DNA of 63,999 bases, the filler included, from Stramenopiles sp. TOSAG23-2 (taxonomy: Eukaryota), in NCBI GenBank assembly GCA_900128395.1. It is 3 parts of 3 records of this genome, joined end to end, with 100 filler letters (N's around TTAATTAATTAA, not from the genome) between each part and the next. Parts side by side here need not be neighbours in the genome. Positions count along the whole stretch, not along the records: positions 31,245 to 62,359 come from LT649376.1; 2 more parts are not named here. One strand, 5' to 3'. The position numbers and the translations under genes were made by a program. A model generated the notes under the pieces. That model was not told the DNA's origin, made no database searches, and saw nothing but the letters and a program-made list of their open reading frames with translations. Of this stretch, positions 46,901 through 59,332 are shown piece after piece. Numbering within the stretch: the stretch's first letter is position 1; every line of letters starts with the position of its first letter.

Positions 46901-47231
46901 TTTTCCTACCTTTATTCCTATTGTTGTTTCTTCTTTTATTATTACTAGTATTGCTACTGCTGCTACTATTGTCGTTGCCATCAAGAAATGACGCAGCATC
47001 AATTTGATCTGGGTATGCATTTTCATTTTCATCTCTGTCGCTTTCATCACCACTACTATAATTATTACTATTATCACTTTCTTCTTCTACATTACCAGAA
47101 GCTAATAAATTACCAATAATTGGTGTCACAGCACGTCGAATTGCACCTCCAATACTACTAAACATGGAAGTTTCAGGAGATTCATTTGTTGCTGATCTCT
47201 TGCTTCTTCTAGATCTTCTTGTAGAACTCAT
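40955..47231 (-). CDS. NUP153: Nup153/Nup1-like FG nucleoporin with SAP-like motifs and a RanBP2 zinc finger; one frameshift near 41291
   Basis: AKRILDTLEQMSTPLSDARR (Nup153-like), WICKACSVLNEKSAIKCVSC (RanBP2 ZnF) and FTFG repeats. The basic C-terminus FQMG...RRKVRTKKK lies in the adjacent frame (ORF 40955-41542). Confidence 0.78.
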
Positions 47232-48634
47232 ATTGAAATATATTGAAAGGACAACACTTATGAAAAATTGCAAAAATTATTATTCTATATTGTATAAAGA
47301 CTATACTATGACTTATATAGAAAATAAGGCGGGATGGATGGGTGGATGAAATAATTTAATAAAATATGATATATATATATATATGTATGTATGTATATAT
47401 TATGTGCTACAACAAGTATATATATACAATACAAGTTGACCTTATATAAGAAATATTGTACGAAACAATGAAAAAGTTGATGCGAATATATATATATAAA
47501 TTGTTCTGAATCTAGTAATTGTACAGTATAACTCTCACTAATTTATTATTATTTATTTTTTTTAAAAAATTAAAATATATTTTTTGATTTTTCGAAATTT
47601 GCAAATTTGATGGTTTTCCGTCCAGGTAGTTCATTATCCTGGTATTCCAGTATTAGTTTCATGTACACCAGTACACTATCCGGATCACAATCAACTTTTT
47701 ATTCATGATGTCCAGATGTCCAGATGTCACACATGATGTGAATTGACCTCCATGCTAAGGCATGCTATTGTTGAAAAAAGCTATTCTGAGTGGTAGTTTT
47801 CAAATTTTTAACGAATTAAGATATAAATATCCGATATAATGCTTTGTATAATATAATATTGTGTATATATCTATCATTATGGAGTAGTTTCATACAGTAT
47901 TTAAATTCTTATACATATTACCATTAAATATTTGATTTGTTGCATTTGCCTGATGATCGAATGGCCGTGGCGGTTAATATTGACTCTTCTGGTGGTAGCA
48001 TGCACGCATCAAAGAATAGAATGTACTTAGTGTACATTGTATAAAAATTGAAATGACTAGTATCAGCATACCATTATCATCAGGTTTAAAATAAGCTGAA
48101 TGAAATAGAAAGAAGGCTGAGGCACACACACCACCACATTAATGAATAATGAATTGATATAATTTATATCATGGAAAGAAACAGATTTGAAAACAATCTT
48201 AGTCGTCTACACAAAACAACAATAGACAACGGTGAACATACAGATATATAACAGAGGAGATTAGAGCAGTGATTTATCAACGTAGATACGTGCGTAGGTT
48301 TATTACAGTACAGAGACAAGATATATAGATATCAAAGAAGATAGATATACATATCATATATTGTGAAACTAGAATTATTATTATTTCAGTTTATATATAT
48401 ATATATTTTATATATAAATAGTTTTTTGATAAAAGAAAATTTCATATATTATAATATCATCATTCATATAGATTTGTAAGTGGGGTTTGTTGTATTCATT
48501 TATTTTTATTTATTATTTTAATTGTACATATCGATATTAGTGTTTGTTTGTTTTCATCGAAAAACATATATACATACTTTTAAAAGATAAAATAGTAATA
48601 ATAATAGTAGTAAAATAGTAAATAGTTATAAACA

Positions 48635-49627
48635 ATGTCAAAAGGGAAAGGAAAAGGTGGTGCTATGAACATAGACAATATTATTGATAAATTACTCTCT
48701 GTAAGAGGTAAACGACCTGGTCATCAAGTAAACTTGGAGGAAAGAGAAATATATTTCATATGTGAAAAAGCGCAGAAAATCTTTTTGGAACAGCCAGTAT
48801 TGTTAGAGCTTGAAGCACCCTTAAAGGTGTGCGGGGATGTACATGGCCAATATTATGATTTGTTAAGATTATTCGAGTATGGACAATTTCCACCAGATGC
48901 TAACTATTTGTTTCTTGGGGATTACGTTGACCGTGGCAAACAAAGTCTTGAGACTGTATGCTTATTGCTTTCATACAAAATCAAGTATCCAGAGAACTTT
49001 TTCATGCTTCGTGGAAACCATGAAGTGGCAGGTATAAACAGAATTTATGGGTTTTTCGATGAATGCAAACGTCGTTATAATGCGAAATTATGGAAACGAT
49101 TTAACGATGTTTTTAATTGTTTACCATTTAGTGCAATTATTGATGAGCGTATTTTATGCGTACATGGTGGTTTATCCCCTGAACTTACAGATATCAATCA
49201 ACTACATCAAATTAACCGTCCAGTGGATATCCCAGATCAAGGTTTATTATGCGATTTGCTATGGGCAGATCCAGATCAAGATTTGATGGGATGGGGTCAA
49301 AATGATCGTGGTGTTTCGTATACATTTGGTGGTGATGTAGTTGCAAAATTCTTACGTGACAATGATTTTGATTTAATTTGCCGTGCCCATCAAGTAGTAG
49401 AGGATGGATATGAATTCTTTGCAAAAAGGCAACTTGTTACGTTATTTAGTGCACCTAATTATTGTGGGGAATTCGATAATGCTGGTGCAATGATGAGCAT
49501 CGATGAGACATTGATGTGTTCATTTCAAATATTAAAACCAGCAGAAAGGAAACAACGATATGCATATGGAGGAATGGGATCTGGTGGAGCACGTCCAGCT
49601 ACACCACCACGTGGTGGTAGAAAATAA
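48635..49627 (+). CDS. PP1: Serine/threonine protein phosphatase 1 catalytic subunit
   Basis: GDVHGQ, GDYVDRG, RGNHE and [11 protein letters not shown] motifs, with the C-terminal TPPR site. Confidence 0.97.
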   Translation: MSKGKGKGGAMNIDNIIDKLLSVRGKRPGHQVNLEEREIYFICEKAQKIFLEQPVLLELEAPLKVCGDVHGQYYDLLRLFEYGQFPPDANYLFLGDYVDRGKQSLETVCLLLSYKIKYPENFFMLRGNHEVAGINRIYGFFDECKRRYNAKLWKRFNDVFNCLPFSAIIDERILCVHGGLSPELTDINQLHQINRPVDIPDQGLLCDLLWADPDQDLMGWGQNDRGVSYTFGGDVVAKFLRDNDFDLICRAHQVVEDGYEFFAKRQLVTLFSAPNYCGEFDNAGAMMSIDETLMCSFQILKPAERKQRYAYGGMGSGGARPATPPRGGRK

Positions 49628-50321
49628 ATACATATATATGTATATATATATATATAAATATAAAATATGTAAAGGCACTGACAATAGTAAGAAGAAGAAT
49701 GATATGGGGAAGAAAATGAAAATGGTGTGTGCGTTTTGTATGTATGTATATATATATATATATAGTGGTATTTTAAAATATGATAGTGTTTGGGGTGTAT
49801 GCTAGTATGATAGTATAACAATATAAGATGTGAGATGGTGTTAAAAAAAAGAGAAAAAACATAAAACAAGAGAGAGAGTATTTTTTACGTATAAAAAAAT
49901 ACACGATAAAATATTTGTTTTTAAATAAATAACACTCTCTTATATTTTACGAAAAACATATTTATTTTATTTTATAATATATAAAAAAAATATATAATAA
50001 AAAAACTAAAAAAATTTAAAATACACACACACACGTACTCGTACATTTTGATATTTTAAAATGATTACGAAGTTCGTACGAGTTCGTATACGAAGCTTCT
50101 TTATTTTTGATATTTTTGACATAAAATTTTTGTTATGTAATGCATATTATTTTTTTTATTTTTCCTTTTTACATATCTATCCTTGCCTGTTTTACATTAA
50201 TTTATTATTACATTTCATCTCACGCACCACAAATGTACAACACATTCACACAGATATTAATTGTGTGTGTGGGAAGAGTAATAACATATATATCATATTT
50301 TAAGAGGTAAAAATATAAAAA

Positions 50322-51377
50322 TTATATTTTCAATCTTGCTAATACACCTGTAAATTCTGCAAATGAAACATTACCTTCCATATTTGTTCCTAATTCCATC
50401 ATCAATGCAGCTATATCTTCATCCATCGGTTCCATGCCTAAACTTTCTAGTACAATTTTCAAACCACTTGATGGAATTCTACCAGTACGCTGTTGATCTA
50501 CAACACCAAATGCTTCTTGCAATTGTGAAAGTTCTTCTTGGTTGAAGACACCGCCAGCAACTTCGATTGCTTTTGCACCACGTTCAGCAGCACGTTTTCT
50601 ACGTACATTTGCAACTGCTTCAGTTAAAACTTCATCTGTATTTACAAGACCTAAACGTTGTAATTGAAATGCACTAGATGCATTTTGTGCTAAAAATTCA
50701 CGTTGTGACTCTTCATCTGCAAATGAACTGGCTGGAATGTCTTGGTAAACACCACATTTCGCTGTATCATCAACCCATTCACCTTCATACATTTTACATG
50801 TAACACGGTAAAAATATCTACCTGGACCTTCTTTTTTATCATTTAACCAGTGACCTTCGTAACGATCACCGTTTGCCATAGTCAATACACCTAAGCCAGA
50901 CCGTTTATCTTCCACCCAATCGCCTTCGTATACATCGCCAGTTGCGTACACCATTTTACCACGTCCATGCCTTGTATTTTGTCTCCATTCCCCTTCATAT
51001 TTATGACCACTTTTATAATAAAATATACCAACACCGTCGCGTAAATTATCCAACCAGTCTCCTGTATATTGTTTACGTAAACGTGCACCTTCTTTGACCC
51101 AAAACGTACCTTTCCCATGTCGTTTATTTTGATACCAATCGCCTTCGTATTTATTGCCATTTGGCCACGTTTGCGTACCAAACCCTTGTCGTTTATCATG
51201 GTTCCAATCACCATTGTATATCTTCCCAGATTTCCATGCCGGTTGTGGTTTTCCTGATTTTTTACTTTCCTCATATTCTGGATTATGTCGTATAAACGAT
51301 ATAGCATGTCTTGGTCCATTTTTATGTGACCTTGCTTCATTTACTTTCCATCTTTTTTCAAAATTACCTGCATACAT
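50322..51377 (-). CDS. MORN3: MORN repeat protein 3-like with C-terminal EF-hand pair
   Basis: About seven YxGxWxxxKRxGxG repeats, a MORN3-like KNG.RH start and a calmodulin-like tail. The likely ATG is 51377; the ORF track uses an upstream GTG. Confidence 0.78.
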   Translation of the reverse strand: MYAGNFEKRWKVNEARSHKNGPRHAISFIRHNPEYEESKKSGKPQPAWKSGKIYNGDWNHDKRQGFGTQTWPNGNKYEGDWYQNKRHGKGTFWVKEGARLRKQYTGDWLDNLRDGVGIFYYKSGHKYEGEWRQNTRHGRGKMVYATGDVYEGDWVEDKRSGLGVLTMANGDRYEGHWLNDKKEGPGRYFYRVTCKMYEGEWVDDTAKCGVYQDIPASSFADEESQREFLAQNASSAFQLQRLGLVNTDEVLTEAVANVRRKRAAERGAKAIEVAGGVFNQEELSQLQEAFGVVDQQRTGRIPSSGLKIVLESLGMEPMDEDIAALMMELGTNMEGNVSFAEFTGVLARLKI

Positions 51378-51755
51378 CTTGTTATTTTCAATACTATAAT
51401 CGTTATATTTATCGCTATATATAATAGTTTGTTTTTTTTCTTGAAACAAAAAATATGATTTGAATGTATTTCTTTTGTCTCTCTTTCTACTATCGATTGA
51501 TCTGTTTATCTTCTGCACTTCTATCTAAAGTAATCTTATATTATTAGCAGTGCAACTACCAAACGGCTTTTAAATTTGTTGAGATGATTTTTTGGTTCTT
51601 TTCATCGTCCTGATGAAACTGTGATTTATACTTTATCGTATACTAATATTATATAGTTTGTGTATCACGTGTATCCCACCAGGAACATACCAGTATTAAT
51701 ACTGATGTAGAGAGAAACCGATTCTAACATTTAAGGTTAAATGCTCCCGTCGTCC

Positions 51756-51937
51756 AAATAAATGATGTGCAAATCGAAAAATTGGATTATGTAATAATAT
51801 TAAAAAATAGTAAAGTTCAAGAATGTAGAATATAGAGTGTGGAGAGAGAGAGAAAATAAATGATGTGCAAATCGAAAAATTGGATTATGTAATAATATTA
51901 AAAAATAGTAAAGTTCAAGAATGTAGAATATAGAGTG

Positions 51938-51969
<32 letters not shown>
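51756..51969 (+). repeat. 98-bp tandem duplication ending in a (GA)n microsatellite
   Basis: 51756-51852 is repeated from 51854. Confidence 0.9.
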
Positions 51970-51971
<2 letters not shown>

Positions 51972-52020
51972 TGAAGTAGTCATTACTTTTTGCTCATTGT
52001 TCTTTTTGTCCTACGTTCAA

Positions 52021-52380
52021 ATGACATCATTAGCAGAAGGGAATGATAATGTTGTGGAAGAAAACGCAACAACTACAATAGTAGCACCAAATGTAAAAAA
52101 ATTAAATGTCCCAGATAAAATAAAAGTAAATTTACAAGCAACTGGAAGGGCACAAATATTGAAAAGAAATAAATTTAAACTATCAAAGAATGATAAATTT
52201 TTAAAGTTGCAAATGTTTTTAAGAACGCAATTAAAGCTTGAACAATCGGAAGCATTGTTCCTTTTTGTAAATAGCAGTTTTGTCCCACGTGCGGATGAAA
52301 CATTGGGAACGCTTTATGAAAATTTTAATGTTGGTGGTGAACTTATAATTAATTATAGTAGAGAAATTAGCTGGGGATGA
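52021..52380 (+). CDS. ATG12: Ubiquitin-like autophagy protein ATG12
   Basis: KIKVNLQATGRAQILK...LFLFVNSSFVP...LYENF...LIINYS..ISWG with a terminal Gly. ATG at 52021. Confidence 0.92.
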   Translation: MTSLAEGNDNVVEENATTTIVAPNVKKLNVPDKIKVNLQATGRAQILKRNKFKLSKNDKFLKLQMFLRTQLKLEQSEALFLFVNSSFVPRADETLGTLYENFNVGGELIINYSREISWG

Positions 52381-52644
52381 CTAATATTATCATATCTTTT
52401 TCGATGTCCAACACAGTATTACGGTATTGGTTGCTATTATTATGTACGAGCTCGTACGCGCGTAGTTTTAAAAAAAATGGACTCGATTTAAGAAAGGAAA
52501 AGAGTATAAAATAAACAGAGACTAAAAATTTACGTATACGAATATTATAATATGATGTATATATGCGTTGTATTTATCTTTCTCTTTTTTATAAAAAACG
52601 CACGCACTCTCTCCTCTTTTTTTTTGTGCGTGCGTTTTCTTTTT

Positions 52645-54900
52645 TTATAAACTTGGCAATTTCTTATCTTCACCTCGAAATTTTTGCATCAATCGAAGGC
52701 AGGTTCCACCACGACAAATACATCCACAGCACATACATAATGCGATAATTTCAAAAACGCTTAGAAGCATATGATGATGAGGTTGTAATGATTTATCATC
52801 AACAATTTTTGCTGTCAAAGCATCTGTTTTTGCAACACCATTTACAGTACTACCTTTTGCAATCGGTTGACTACGCATCGCTTGACTACCCATCGCATTG
52901 CTATCCTGCCTCAATGAACTTGCTACAGTTCCAGCATTTGCACCAGATGGCATACACGTAGATCCAGTGAAACCAGGGGCACATTTTTCACATTGATCTC
53001 CAGCAAAATTTACACTACAAGAACATTTCCCAGATGTTTTATCGCATACACCATTGTTTTGACATTTACAATTTTTTAGTGGTGAACATACTGGATAATC
53101 CATATTGTGCCCTTTAGCGCATTGATCACATTTTGCACCAGCAAATCCTGATCTACATTGACATGTTGTTTTATCTTTACTTAATTTTCCATGGCCACAA
53201 TCTGGGTTTGCAGGTACAAAACCAGCGGCTTGAGGTTTCATCTCTGTTTTTGGCACTGGTTGTTTAATTGGTTGTTCACAAAAACCATATACCGCTCCAC
53301 CTTCACAATTTTTATCTTTCACGAAACACCATTTTCCGTTACCAATATCATGCCCACATTGAGCACCTATATCAGTATATCCCTTATGCGATGTCCATAA
53401 ATCACATTCACATCCTTTTAATGTTTTCCCTGGAACAACAGCAGCAGTAGCAGCAGCAACTGCTTTATCAGTACGAAGTTTCGCTAAACGTTGACGTTCT
53501 GTATCTCCAATTTTATCCTCTTCGCAAAAACCAAATTCACGATCACCCTCACACATTCGATCTTTCACAAAACACCATTTTCCTTGACCTCGTTCATGCC
53601 CACAATAATTATTATCCTCTGGGTACCAATGTGAATGTTGTTCGCCCCAATGTTTGCACTCACATCCACTGATTGTTTTTATTAATACTGCTGCAACTGC
53701 TGCAGCTTTTTTAGGAGTAGTTGCTGGTGCTGCTGGTGCTGTTGGTGTTGTCACAACTGCAGGTGCTTGTGCTGGTGGTGCTTTTGCTTTTTGAAGAATG
53801 GGCGTACAAAAATCCCATCCCTTGCCTTGTTCCCCTTTACATTTATGTGGGTCTATATAACACCATGATTTACCTTCCATTATATTATCTGGATCGCCAC
53901 AATTATTGGGATATGAGAAAATTCTACTGTTGAATTCCCAATGTTGCAGGCATTCACATCCTTTTTTGGTTTTTATAACACCTGCCGGTTTTTTATCTTT
54001 CGGTATTGGGGTACAACGATCCCAATGATGATGACCATCAACACCTTTACAACTTGGCTTTTCCTCTGTTAAACACCAGGAGAAACCTCTTAATCCATCT
54101 GGGTCTCCGCAATTATTTGGATATTCAAATAAACTAGCCCCAACAGCCCATGATGTTTTACAGAAACAACCACCACCGGTTTTTAATTTATGATATCCTT
54201 CCCTATCATCAAGCCGTTGTTGTAAATCTATGTTGCTTTCCGATTTTTTTTCCGTTGCAATTGTTTTTGTTGCCGTTGTTGTTACTGCTGCTGCAGCAGC
54301 CACCGGAGCGGCAGGTTTTGGCATAGACATTGTCGGTGTAAATCCTTCAACAGCGAATTGTTGAAAAATGCTTGTGCCATCACAATTACCACCATCAACA
54401 TTTGAGGCTGCACCTTTTTTTTCTACTTGCAAACAAGTTCCTTTTGGTTGATCCTCGAATTTCATCCTTGACATGACTAAACCATTTGATAAAAAATCCC
54501 ATTTTTGATTTGCACTGTCAGCATTGCATGATCCTAAATAAACATTATGTTTGGATTCTGCGTCTGGGCTTACCTCAAAACACATTTTAGGTGCTTTGAA
54601 TGGACGAAACTCTCCTGCTTCTGTATAACTAAAATAATTCTCTTCCCCTTTATGACAGTCATAAACTTGTATATTTGTCCCAGCATGGACAGTACCACTT
54701 GCTAAATTAATACAATAACCACCATTAAACGCTTTGATAAATTTATCTTTAAACGTGTTTGCTTTTTGCAATAAACGTGCATTAGTAAAGATATTATTGC
54801 TATTGCTATTGATTTGAATGATCGTTATTGTGACTATTAATAAGAATATATTATTCATATATTGTTTGTATTTATTATTATTATTATATTGTTTCATCAT
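52645..54900 (-). CDS. Type I membrane protein: ricin-B lectin, FN2/kringle-like Cys repeats, EGF-like repeats
   Basis: Signal-like N-terminus, (QxW)-type beta-trefoil, four T..GC.C..W...CG......WC....C....(W/F)..C units, EGF/laminin-EGF repeats and a C-terminal TM segment with a Cys cluster. Confidence 0.8.
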   Translation of the reverse strand: MMKQYNNNNKYKQYMNNIFLLIVTITIIQINSNSNNIFTNARLLQKANTFKDKFIKAFNGGYCINLASGTVHAGTNIQVYDCHKGEENYFSYTEAGEFRPFKAPKMCFEVSPDAESKHNVYLGSCNADSANQKWDFLSNGLVMSRMKFEDQPKGTCLQVEKKGAASNVDGGNCDGTSIFQQFAVEGFTPTMSMPKPAAPVAAAAAVTTTATKTIATEKKSESNIDLQQRLDDREGYHKLKTGGGCFCKTSWAVGASLFEYPNNCGDPDGLRGFSWCLTEEKPSCKGVDGHHHWDRCTPIPKDKKPAGVIKTKKGCECLQHWEFNSRIFSYPNNCGDPDNIMEGKSWCYIDPHKCKGEQGKGWDFCTPILQKAKAPPAQAPAVVTTPTAPAAPATTPKKAAAVAAVLIKTISGCECKHWGEQHSHWYPEDNNYCGHERGQGKWCFVKDRMCEGDREFGFCEEDKIGDTERQRLAKLRTDKAVAAATAAVVPGKTLKGCECDLWTSHKGYTDIGAQCGHDIGNGKWCFVKDKNCEGGAVYGFCEQPIKQPVPKTEMKPQAAGFVPANPDCGHGKLSKDKTTCQCRSGFAGAKCDQCAKGHNMDYPVCSPLKNCKCQNNGVCDKTSGKCSCSVNFAGDQCEKCAPGFTGSTCMPSGANAGTVASSLRQDSNAMGSQAMRSQPIAKGSTVNGVAKTDALTAKIVDDKSLQPHHHMLLSVFEIIALCMCCGCICRGGTCLRLMQKFRGEDKKLPSL

Positions 54901-55562
54901 TTAATAAATGAACAAAATTCAATATAGCCTGAAATAGGTTATTATTTTTATGCAATGTAATTACACTTGTTACAAAATTAAAAACTATGTAATAAAAATA
55001 AAAATACTATTTGTTATTCAACACTTTCTATGTTTCACCTAAGTTGTTATAATGAATAAATGTAATAATTCTTTTGAAATGAAATATATATTTTAACTCC
55101 TACAGGACACATATGCATAATACGCAAAAAGTCTTTCATTATAATCTTCTCTACACCACATGTATGTATGTATTATTATTATTATTATTTTTTTTTGGGA
55201 GGAGAAAATTGATGTTGGAGTTTCTTTTGGTTAGGGTTAGGGTTGTGAAAAGATAATACAATACCTTAATATTATCCTACGATGATCATAGCATTGGTTT
55301 CATTCAGAGGATCAAATCTCAGTGGTATTGTAATACGCACGCAATCCTATATGTCTCGCGTGTACTCCGTGAGGATTTGCATTCTAGAAGTCAGGACATA
55401 ATTTTTATAAAAAGAAGGGGGGATTTGATATATATATGATGTAATGAATTTATAAAATATGACATTACACAGAGATATATACGTAAACATATAGAAACAT
55501 ACATACGTATAAATAGCGGAAGAGACCTGATCGATCTAAACGAATATACAACAACAAAAAAG

Positions 55563-56338
55563 ATGTATAAAATTACCTATGTTGTGATTGCGGTGATCCT
55601 TGCATTTCATGCATCCAATGGACAATATTTACGAGATCCAATGACCGATGCGATTAATAATGGAAATCCAACTTTTAGTCAACTTGATAATATGAATAAT
55701 ATCATGCCAACGTATGGAGCTATTCCAGTACCACCACCTGGTGCTGCTGCTCCTTCTTATGGTATATATGGTAGCAAATTACCTGTTGTACCTGGACCAG
55801 GAAATGTTGGTTATGCTGTTAACAATCATCCAGGTGCTGGAGATGCGGAAGAGAAAAGTGCAACAGAATGCCAGCATTTGATGGGATTAAAGGTTTGCAT
55901 GGTGACAAAGTATTAGCTTTATTAGGCTTAAATAATAAACGTGCATCGGAGAAAACTGCTATTGCTAGACGTGATGCACAAGCATTAAGAGCTGATTACG
56001 AAGCAAAAGGTATGGGCGAAGAGAAAAAAGTGAAAAAAGAAATCGATACAGATGATGGAACACCAAAAGATGGTAAAGAAACGTTGGAAATGGTTTTTGA
56101 ACGCATCATGGGGCGCGATATGAATTTAACGTGGACGAAACCACAACATTATAGTAACAATAGGACCTTGCCAAATCCATTAGAAATGGCAAAAGAAGAA
56201 TGTTTAGGTGGTAACTGCAATATCACTGCCGTAGATGAAAAGAATGATAAACATGTCAAAGTATTAGTAAACAGGAAAAGAGTAGCTGCCCAACCAATGC
56301 CATCAGCTGGGGCGGATATGCCAGTTAAAAGATTATAA
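55563..56338 (+). CDS. Putative secreted protein split over two overlapping frames (shift about 55840-55870)
   Basis: A signal-peptide ORF (55563-55916) overlaps a second coding-like ORF (55868-56338). No intron is evident. Confidence 0.5.
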
Positions 56339-56716
56339 ATACAGAAAAAGGGCGTGTGTGCTTTTTTAGCAAAATTAACATGTGTGTTATATATTTTTTT
56401 TACAAAAAAAAGAGAGAGAGAGGAGAGTGTGAAAAAAATGTATTTTATATACCATTTAAAATCTATTGTAGACACATTTTATATTACTAAATCATCCGCC
56501 AGAGTGTTTTTTCATCTTTTTTAAAAGATCAGAATTGAAAGGAAGACAAAAAAAAAATATCGAAGGATACATATATTTAAAATGTATGATGAAAAAATAT
56601 AGTATGATAAATGGATAAACCTTATATATTATGTGACATATATTTTTAGAACACATATATATAAACGATACACTAATCTAGATATATATTCGGGGGGAAA
56701 TATGACATATCAAAGC

Positions 56717-57103
56717 TTATTTTGGTACATCATATCCACCTAACTCCTCTTTTAAATTATTAAATGGCATTTCACGTGTAACTGTGCGCTTGCGTCCTGG
56801 TGCATCCCAAAAGTAAACAAGTCCCATAAGAACTGCAAAAAAACCTAAACCACTTCCAAACCATTGAGCACCTTCACTACGAGAATAGTTTGGTACGTCA
56901 AAATCAATACAAGTTTCTGGTGCAACACCATCATCCCAAATAAGCTCATGTTCTTCCGTCAATGGACGAGTAGGTTTACTAAGGCGTGCAAATGGTGCTG
57001 GTCTTGGGACATGTCCACCACCACGGGTTGGTAAATTCTTACGTGCTGCTGCTAATGCAGAACGACGATAAACAGATGATAATACAAATGCTCGGTTTGC
57101 CAT
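56717..57103 (-). CDS. NDUFB8: Mitochondrial complex I accessory subunit NDUFB8-like
   Basis: Arg-rich presequence, ELIWDDG..PE.CID motif, one TM helix and P.NNLKEELGG tail, as in plant/protist NDUFB8. Confidence 0.8.
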   Translation of the reverse strand: MANRAFVLSSVYRRSALAAARKNLPTRGGGHVPRPAPFARLSKPTRPLTEEHELIWDDGVAPETCIDFDVPNYSRSEGAQWFGSGLGFFAVLMGLVYFWDAPGRKRTVTREMPFNNLKEELGGYDVPK

Positions 57104-57119
57104 ATTATTTATTTTGATT

Positions 57120-57152
<33 letters not shown>

Positions 57153-57706
57153 ATAAACAATAGACTACAATTACAGGTATATGTATTTTATGTATAAATA
57201 TATCTATATCTAGCACACACAAGTTCCTGAACACTATGACGACGATTGATTTATATATTTTAGTCTTTGATATCTGATATGTATAATTATCTTTCAATAA
57301 CATAATATTTATTTTAACGATCTTCATTCATTTTTCCTGTGGTATCCTCCTCTGTCACAACAAAGTGTGTAGGTATAGTAATTTTTATTGGATTAATTTA
57401 TCAGCTTTTTAACACAATACTATTTCAATGCTAATTTTAATACTACACAGCACCCTTTATTCAGACTTTTGGTGTTCCAGTGTTGTTTCTTTATACTGGG
57501 ATGATTTTTTCAACTAATAATAGTAGGTACCAGGTATGATGCGGGCTAATAATTAATAATAGTTTTTTAATAATTTCAAAACAATATACGTTATTAATTA
57601 AAACAAAATTATACATATATATATATATTATGACATGTTTATATATTGAAATAGATTGTTTAAAAATCTTCATCGTAATATAGATAACGCCCATTAAAAC
57701 AATACT

Positions 57707-59332
57707 ATGGCAGACGAATGGCTAGAAGTATATGATGAGTCATCAGGTCATACTTATTATCAAAACAATGTAACAGGAGAATCGTCGTGGGAAAAACCTG
57801 CAGGTTTTGTGTCAAAAGCGGAATTGCAACCGGAAAAAGCTGTTGTTGTAGAGAAAAAGAAACCTGCAAAGAAAAAATTAACCAAAGAAGAAAGAGAGGC
57901 GCAAAAAGCAGAACGTTTAAAAAGACGTGCGGAACAATTAGAGAAAAAACGTCTCCGAGATCTTGAAAGGGAGAAAATAAGAAAAATGGAAGAAGAAATT
58001 GAAAGAAAACGACTTGAAGAGGAAAGAAGACAGCGTAAAATCAAAGAAGCAAAAGAAGCCTTAGAAAAAATCCAATATACATTATTAACAGCAAAACAAC
58101 AAAAATCATTGGCAGGTAAAGGGATACGTGCCGTAAAGCAAAATAGTATGGGAGGAATAAAAGTGTACTTAGCAGAAGTAGAGTTACGTAAGGGTGGTTT
58201 TGAAGATGAATATGGAACACACTTCGACTCGATTAATGCTAAAGATTATAACTTAAACACACCATTACATGTTGCGGCAAAGTTAGGGCATTCAAAATTA
58301 GCAAAAAAGTTCTTAAACCTTGGTATGGATCCGTCAACGATCAATGCAAGTGGATTAAATGCATTACACTTAGCCATTGCAAATAATAATTTAGACATTG
58401 TATGTTTGATTTTAATGAAAGGGGGTTGTAAATATGATGAACCTACTAAAAGATTGCGTTGCCGTTCCGTATTGGAATCTGGTTTTAGATGTCCAAATGA
58501 TCAAGTAGAAGGTGGATTTTGTACAAATCGTGCATGTAAAGAGACGGGTAACGATATGCTGATGGCAGCTATGAAAAAAGCTAGGGAAAATAAGGTTAAG
58601 TTTGAAATTGCAGAATATAATAAACAAGAAGATAGCGATTTACAAGATAAAGCACCATTAATTATTGCAAAACTGCGAAAATGTCCTATGGTAGCGTTAT
58701 TTTTAGAAAATTTTGCAAATGGTGGTGTTGAAATATGTAAATTACTACAAACGCTAAGTGATACAACAACGATAGAAGAGGTAGAAGAAAGCTTCAATTC
58801 AATCTTGGCATATCTTAGAGATTCAAAGAAACAATGTAAAGAAAATATAAGCAAGCGTAATGTATATAAAAATAGAGAAACTACCAAAAATATTAGTGGT
58901 AGACCTTTTTATGACATGATCTCATGTTGGAAATCACTATTATCTGCAATATTACAAGAACCAGAAATACCGAATGTTTATGGTCATGTATTACGATATG
59001 AATATGGAGTATCCACAAAATGGGAGCAAGTTTCTAAAATACATAAAAAGCGGTTTCGATCGAAAGAATGGACTGCAGTAATCCAATTATCATCGGACCT
59101 GATTAGTAGTGAACTTGGAGATATTCATGAGATATACTCACATGACAGGACATTGTTACAAGAAGTAAATTACGACATCGGTCCTTTAACAGAGGAGCAA
59201 AAACAAGCTGTTTTGATGCAACAATTAAATAGTGATTTAAAAGCAGGTGAAGGAGGTGGTGATTTTATAAATGATGATGATGAGTTACCGATGATAGACG
59301 ATGATGAAGCAGCGGATGATGATTTCTTATAA
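57707..59332 (+). CDS. WW domain and ankyrin repeat protein
   Basis: WLEVYDESSGHTYYQNNVTGESSWEKP (WW); NTPLHVAA and NALHLAI (ankyrin). Confidence 0.85.
   Translation: MADEWLEVYDESSGHTYYQNNVTGESSWEKPAGFVSKAELQPEKAVVVEKKKPAKKKLTKEEREAQKAERLKRRAEQLEKKRLRDLEREKIRKMEEEIERKRLEEERRQRKIKEAKEALEKIQYTLLTAKQQKSLAGKGIRAVKQNSMGGIKVYLAEVELRKGGFEDEYGTHFDSINAKDYNLNTPLHVAAKLGHSKLAKKFLNLGMDPSTINASGLNALHLAIANNNLDIVCLILMKGGCKYDEPTKRLRCRSVLESGFRCPNDQVEGGFCTNRACKETGNDMLMAAMKKARENKVKFEIAEYNKQEDSDLQDKAPLIIAKLRKCPMVALFLENFANGGVEICKLLQTLSDTTTIEEVEESFNSILAYLRDSKKQCKENISKRNVYKNRETTKNISGRPFYDMISCWKSLLSAILQEPEIPNVYGHVLRYEYGVSTKWEQVSKIHKKRFRSKEWTAVIQLSSDLISSELGDIHEIYSHDRTLLQEVNYDIGPLTEEQKQAVLMQQLNSDLKAGEGGGDFINDDDELPMIDDDEAADDDFL

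Noticed and set aside
51756-51969. 98-bp tandem duplication and the MERERER ORF extension upstream of ATG12
   Set aside because: An identical copy anchored on a (GA)n tract indicates slippage or misassembly; the real start is ATG 52021.
47646-52422. Recurring CAGTATTA motif in intergenic regions
   Set aside because: An AT-rich 8-mer whose enrichment cannot be established without counting against background.
55231-55242. TTAGGGTTAGGG telomere-like motif
   Set aside because: Only two units; compatible with chance.
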